NCBI GenBank assembly: GCA_027021705.1
Contig: JALUTT010000041.1
Location: forward strand, 1 to 14,248
From: Anaerolineae bacterium
GTDB lineage: Bacteria > Chloroflexota > Anaerolineae > S140-20
Direction: 5' to 3'
DNA length: 14,248 nucleotides
Of the stretch, positions 9,843 through 14,248 are shown in pieces. A program made the position numbers and the translations under genes. Within the stretch, counting starts at the first letter, position 1; every line of letters starts with the position of its first letter. The notes beneath the pieces were generated by a model, which was given only the letters and a program-made list of their open reading frames with translations, did not search any database and was not told the DNA's origin.

Positions 9843-11972
9843 ATGATCGCTCAAGGGACAACTTCTCCCCCCGGCAAGCGAAGAGAGCGGTGGCGGCGGC
9901 TGCGCCTGCTGGCCCTGGGGCTGGCCTTCAGCCTGGCCATGGCCGCCATCCTCATCGTCCCCCTGCTCCCCTCCAACCGGGTGACGCTGGAGGTGGGGGA
10001 TGTGGCCCCCACGGACATCCGCGCCCCCCGCCGGGTCACCTACATCAGCAAGATCGAGACGGCGCAGGAGGAGGAGCGAGCCGCCGCGGCCGTCCAGCCC
10101 ATCTACGGGCCGCCGGAAACCCGGATCGCCCGCCAGCAAGTGGCCCGCGCCTATCAGGTCCTCGACTTCCTGACCTCGGTGCGGGCCGATTCGTATGCCA
10201 CCGCCTACCAGAAACGGCAGGCCATCGCGGCCATCGTGGACCTGGAACTGCCACCCGAGGTGGTCAGCGCTCTGCTGGCCCTGAGCGACGCTTCGTGGAA
10301 GCGGGTGCGCCAGGAGACGATCAACGTCTTGGACCAGATGATGCGCCGGCCGATCCGGGAGGACGCGATGGACGAGGCCTACCGGCAGGTCTCCAGCCTC
10401 ATCTCCCTCGCCCTGAGCGACCAGGAGGCAATGGTGGTGGAGGGGCTGGTGCGGGGGCTGCTGGTGCCCAACACCTTCTACGACGCCGAGGCGACGGAAG
10501 CGGCCCGTCAGGCGGCCCGCGAGGGAGTCGCTCCCGTCGAGCACACCTTGCTACCCGGTGAAGTGATCCTGCGCAGCGGCGAGATCGTCACCGACCTGGA
10601 CCTGGAGGCGTTGGAGGCGGTAGGGCTCCGCCAGCGGACGGCCCGCTGGGGGGAGATCGGGGGGACGGCCCTGCTGGTCCTGCTGACTACGGTGAGCATG
10701 GGCCTCTCCATCCGTCGCTTTCACCCCCACGTCTGGCAGCGGGAGCGAAACCTGGCGCTGGTGGCCTTTCTCTTCGTCTTTTTCGTCCTCGTCGCCAAGG
10801 TGATGATGCCGGGGCGGACGGTGTTGCCCTACCTCTTCCCGGCGGCAGCCCTGGCGATCTTCGTCTCGGTGCTGTTGGGGCCGGCGCTGGCCGTCATCGT
10901 CGGCATCCTGTTGGGGGCCATCGTCGGCTTCATCACCCAGGGGTCGTTGGAGTTGGCCGCCTACGTGGCCCTGGGCAGCCTGGTGGCCGCCCTGGTGTTG
11001 GAGCGGGTGGAGCGGGTCAACGCCTTCTTCTGGGCCGGCATCTACGTGGCCCTGACCAACATCGCCGTCGTCCTCGCCTTTCGGCTGCCGGAGGGGGCGA
11101 CGGATACGGTGGGGATGGTAACGCTGGTGGCGGTAGGGGTGCTCAACGGGGCGCTCTCGGCCAGCCTGACCCTGGCCGGCCTCTTCGTCGTCGGCAACCT
11201 CTTCGACATCACCACGTCGCTGCAGCTGTTGGAACTGGCCCGCCCCTCCCACCCCTTGCTCAGCGAGCTGCTGCACAAGGCGCCGGCCACCTACCACCAC
11301 ACGGTGATGGTCGCCAACCTGGCCGAGCAGGCCGCCGAGCGCATCGGGGCCAACCCCTTGCTCACCCGGGTGGGGGCCTTCTACCACGATATTGGCAAGA
11401 TCGTGCGCCCCCACTTCTTCAGCGAGAACCAGATGGATGGGGTCAACATCCACGACCGGCTGGATCCCTACACCAGTGCCGAGATCCTCATCAGCCACGT
11501 CACCGATGGGCTGGAGCTGGCGAAGAAGTACCGGTTGCCCAGCCGGGTGCGGGCCTTCATCCCGGAGCACCACGGCACGATGCGGGTGAGCTTTATGTAC
11601 CAGAAGGCCCTTCAGGAGGCCGGGGGCGATCCCTCGAAGGTGGACGAAGCCCGCTTCCGCTATCCGGGGCCGAAGCCTCAGAGCAAGGAGACGGCCATCC
11701 TGATGCTGGCCGATGGTTGTGAGTCGGCGGTGCGGGCTGCCCGTCCCACCTCGGTGGAGGAGATTGAGAAGATCGTGCGCAAGATCGTGGAAGCCCGCCT
11801 GGCCGATGGGCAACTGGACGAGTGCGACCTGACGCTGCGGGAGCTGAAGCAGGTGGCCCAGTCCTTCGTGGAAACGCTACGGGGGGTCTATCACCCTCGG
11901 GTGAAGTACCCGGAGCCGGAGGAGCGTCAGGGCTTGAAGCACAGTGCCGGTGCTGCCCATTCTACCGGCTAA
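9843..11972 (+). CDS. 7TM-HD (HDIG) phosphohydrolase, PgpH/YqfF-like cyclic dinucleotide phosphodiesterase
   Basis: N-terminal TM, extracellular domain, several TM helices, then APATYHHTVMVANLAE, YHDIGK, HVTDG, EHHGT, FRYPGPKPQSKE, MLAD. Confidence 0.9.
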   Translation: MIAQGTTSPPGKRRERWRRLRLLALGLAFSLAMAAILIVPLLPSNRVTLEVGDVAPTDIRAPRRVTYISKIETAQEEERAAAAVQPIYGPPETRIARQQVARAYQVLDFLTSVRADSYATAYQKRQAIAAIVDLELPPEVVSALLALSDASWKRVRQETINVLDQMMRRPIREDAMDEAYRQVSSLISLALSDQEAMVVEGLVRGLLVPNTFYDAEATEAARQAAREGVAPVEHTLLPGEVILRSGEIVTDLDLEALEAVGLRQRTARWGEIGGTALLVLLTTVSMGLSIRRFHPHVWQRERNLALVAFLFVFFVLVAKVMMPGRTVLPYLFPAAALAIFVSVLLGPALAVIVGILLGAIVGFITQGSLELAAYVALGSLVAALVLERVERVNAFFWAGIYVALTNIAVVLAFRLPEGATDTVGMVTLVAVGVLNGALSASLTLAGLFVVGNLFDITTSLQLLELARPSHPLLSELLHKAPATYHHTVMVANLAEQAAERIGANPLLTRVGAFYHDIGKIVRPHFFSENQMDGVNIHDRLDPYTSAEILISHVTDGLELAKKYRLPSRVRAFIPEHHGTMRVSFMYQKALQEAGGDPSKVDEARFRYPGPKPQSKETAILMLADGCESAVRAARPTSVEEIEKIVRKIVEARLADGQLDECDLTLRELKQVAQSFVETLRGVYHPRVKYPEPEERQGLKHSAGAAHSTG

Positions 11973-12651
11973 CTACTGGGGAAGCGCGGTCCAGGGGACA
12001 GCGACTTGGGGATGGACAGGATCCAGGCTTCACTTCCCCCCTGCCCGTAGATGACGATCTCGAGCTGAACGCTGGAGACCCGCCGTTGCCCTCCAGGCCG
12101 GTTTTCGCGATGAAGGCCGGACGCCGGCCGACACGCCCCTCCCCCACGATGATGGCCTGGTTGGCGTGTACCCTGCGCTCCAGTTCGGCCGGGGCCAGGA
12201 AGGGGACGCTGGACAGGCCCAGCCAACGGGGGAAAGAGCCCTCGCCCGCGTGGGGGCGAGGCGGGAACTCGCCTTCGTAGATATGCAGGTGGTTGGAGGC
12301 CCGGACGTAAGGGGCCTCCATCTGCCCGTTGAAGACGAGGATGAGGGACGGTTCCCCCCGGTCGCCGACTCCCCGCTCCTCAATGCGCATCCGACGAGGA
12401 GGCATATACCAGACCCTTGCGATGGAGCGTCCGGATGGTCTGATAACTTCACAGGTGGCGATGAAACGGCGGGATTCGGTCTCCCGCGCTCCGGGCGTGG
12501 GGGTTCCGATTTCCTGCGAACTTTCTGGGGGAGCCCGCCACCTCCCGTGGCTGATTGTGAGATCCCCTCGGGACACCTTGCCGGGGTCCCGGCCTGCACC
12601 TGTCACCAGCACGGCGGTCAGCACGGCAAGCGCCAAGAGGCCCATCTTCAA
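11962..12651 (-). pseudogene. Secreted LolA-like/outer-membrane lipoprotein-sorting fold protein, probably frameshifted near 12090
   Basis: Signal-like start MKMGLLALAVLTAVLVTGA; RVWYMPPRRMRIEE, LVFNG and GEGRVGRRPAFI resemble LolA-family strands. The low-complexity tail after KTGLEG is paralleled by a more protein-like alternative frame (VQLEIVIYGQGG...AWILSI, stop 11969). Confidence 0.45.
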
Positions 12652-12750
12652 CCTATGTGGTGTACTGTTTTCCGCCTCTTTCCGATCTTCTCAGCTTCTC
12701 TCTCACCCGCCACGATGCGCCGGTGACCTCTTGTCCGCAAGCTCCTTCAA

Positions 12751-12812
12751 TGATAACGGTTTGCGCTTCACCTGGGCCGCGGAGCGACGTCAGGTGCAAG
12801 CGCTGGTTGGCA
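12751..12812 (-). mobile_element. Integron attC-like recombination site (62 bp)
   Basis: Minus strand: TGCCAAC cagcg CTTGCACC tgacgtcgctccgcggccca GGTGAAG cgcaaacc GTTATCA. AAC/GTT ends; the arms GCGCTTGCACCTG and CAGGTGAAGCGC pair with one extrahelical base. Confidence 0.8.
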
Positions 12813-12902
12813 GCGCCTCCCTCGTAAGAACCGCCAGGGCTTAATGCCGTCCAACGCTCTTACTTTATAGGGCATACCGCTGGCCAGCAAGTTGTCTCTA
12901 GC

Positions 12903-13421
12903 TCAACACCAGCCTTCATTCCAATACCAACGGCAAATCCATGTCGAACCAGCATACAACCATTGATAGCAGGCGAAACTGGGTACATAGATCTGGCTCC
13001 CGGTGAATTGTATATGCACGTGTACGCCTCTCGAACAACTGCAGGCGCAATCAGGGGGAAGCTCACCGATCTTCAGGGTGCGCACATTGCGTACACCGTC
13101 GCTGACTCGATTTCTCACATGACCGTATCCCACACTGCCGATGTAACATTGCCCATTGGGTTTAGCGAAGAAATCTACCACAACCCCATCGGTCCACGGA
13201 GCAGGATCCACTCGACAAACTCCGGAGACCCGCCTTGTCCTAATGCTTTGGATTACCGAGCTTCCGTAAAAGTACAGGGAGTTACCTGCCGAGCCACTGA
13301 TGTCAATCGGGCAACACCCGCCTAACACGCTTACCACTGGATGTGGCTGACCATTACTGCAGTATGTAGCCTGGCCCCAGTTTTGCCCTGTGACCGGTGC
13401 ATAGACATAAACGTAAGGCAT
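12903..13421 (-). CDS. Cys-rich protein with M23A (LasA/beta-lytic)-type Zn-metallopeptidase motifs, 172 aa
   Basis: Start at ATG 13421 after AAAGGAAGG SD (Met43 of the track ORF); H27-X12-D40, YGH101V, KIGEL, SRGVH134VH136IQF; 11 Cys; no signal peptide. Confidence 0.6.
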   Translation of the reverse strand: MPYVYVYAPVTGQNWGQATYCSNGQPHPVVSVLGGCCPIDISGSAGNSLYFYGSSVIQSIRTRRVSGVCRVDPAPWTDGVVVDFFAKPNGQCYIGSVGYGHVRNRVSDGVRNVRTLKIGELPPDCACSCSRGVHVHIQFTGSQIYVPSFACYQWLYAGSTWICRWYWNEGWC

Positions 13422-13450
13422 AGCAACCCTTCCTTTACCATATATAGTTG

Positions 13451-14115
13451 TTAGTTGTGGTTTGCGGCCAATGTCAATAAAGACGCGAGAGCCAACGCCT
13501 CTTCGCGGGATGGACCAAGTTCTGCTATCAGTGTATAAGAACGTCATTTCTGATCCAATGAAAGACTGCCCCTTGTCGAGTGGCTACCATGACGCCAGGT
13601 GATGGAAGAAAGTCCACCTTTTCTGGAACTACTGCAGGACCACCAGGCTCAACAGGATCACTCGACCAGAGAGGGAATGGTTTTGGGAACTCCGGTTGTG
13701 CCCAGATACTCACCTTGGTTTCTAAATCTCCAGAGCGTTCGTTATGCGACTGAAAGTCAACCAAAGCAGCGAACACCTCGCCTGTCTCATATCTGATGAG
13801 AGTTGCTCCGGCCTGTCGCAGCCTTTCGGGCAACTTGCTGAATGTGTAGACAGGGAAATCCACCTCTTTTGCCAGCTCTGCAGCGGTGCTGAACGATTGG
13901 TTGATTGCTGTCGGCACAGGGCCATCACGCCCGGCTCCCACGCCACAAAAGGTGGGCATCCCACGTTCAGGATACTTGACGTTCGGCGGGACAGGTGCCC
14001 CGTCGGGGAGAAGCAAGAACCCTGCATAGATCTCACCGAGCGAGGATGTTTGAGGCAATAGCGTCTCTGGTGGTCCCCAGGAAACATGCTTGTTGAAAAA
14101 GTCTAGCTTCCTCAA
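13451..14115 (-). pseudogene. Hypothetical (DUF4367-like) protein with apparent 1-nt deletion near 13538
   Basis: Track ORF 13528-14115 ends abruptly at FHWIRNDVLIH*. Restoring one base gives NDVLYTLIAELGPSREEALALASLLTLAANHN* ending at TAA 13451, just before the SD of the next gene. AELAKEVDFPVYTFSKLPE and the W...Y.L...EEAL..A.L end resemble DUF4367-type domains. The start is uncertain. Confidence 0.5.
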
Positions 14116-14248
14116 TTTATTGGAGCGTGACCAAAAACGGTTGGAGCGGGTGACTCAGGCGACCATTGTGAAGACCGCTGCCTCGGCGTCCGGTGAAGCT
14201 CTCCCCCAAGAGCCATAGAGACGCCGATGCTGACGGCGGCGACGGAAA

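Noticed and set aside
12870..12905. Peptidase ends Cys-UGA followed by a small hairpin (TTGCT-GGCC-AGCGG), suggesting Sec read-through
   Set aside because: The stem is very weak and the read-through peptide runs into the attC without protein-like features; a plain stop is more likely.
13422..13547. First 42 residues of track ORF 12903-13547
   Set aside because: Better explained as the frameshifted 3' end of the upstream gene plus the SD of ATG 13421.

Overview
GC-rich bacterial chromosomal DNA whose gene content and intergenic micro-repeats suggest Chloroflexota/Anaerolineae (inference). The left part is a minus-strand run of a HIT protein, a Zn-ribbon NUDIX hydrolase and a 3-hydroxyacyl-CoA dehydrogenase, divergent from a soluble PAS-GAF-GAF-GAF-PAS histidine kinase. 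Next come a selenocysteine-encoding selD (true start 5467, in-frame UGA at 5518, SECIS-like hairpin) preceded by 17 UGA-containing heptamer repeats, a TumA/TumE-like (DUF6516) toxin-antitoxin pair, uvrB, a GatB/YqeY protein and a 7TM-HD phosphodiesterase. From about 11970 the DNA is accessory and minus-strand. It holds a probably decayed LolA-like gene, a 62-bp integron attC-like site, a Cys-rich, signal-less protein with LasA/M23A-type metallopeptidase motifs and a frameshifted upstream partner gene. No integrase lies in the window. All family calls come from motif recognition by eye, not from database searches.
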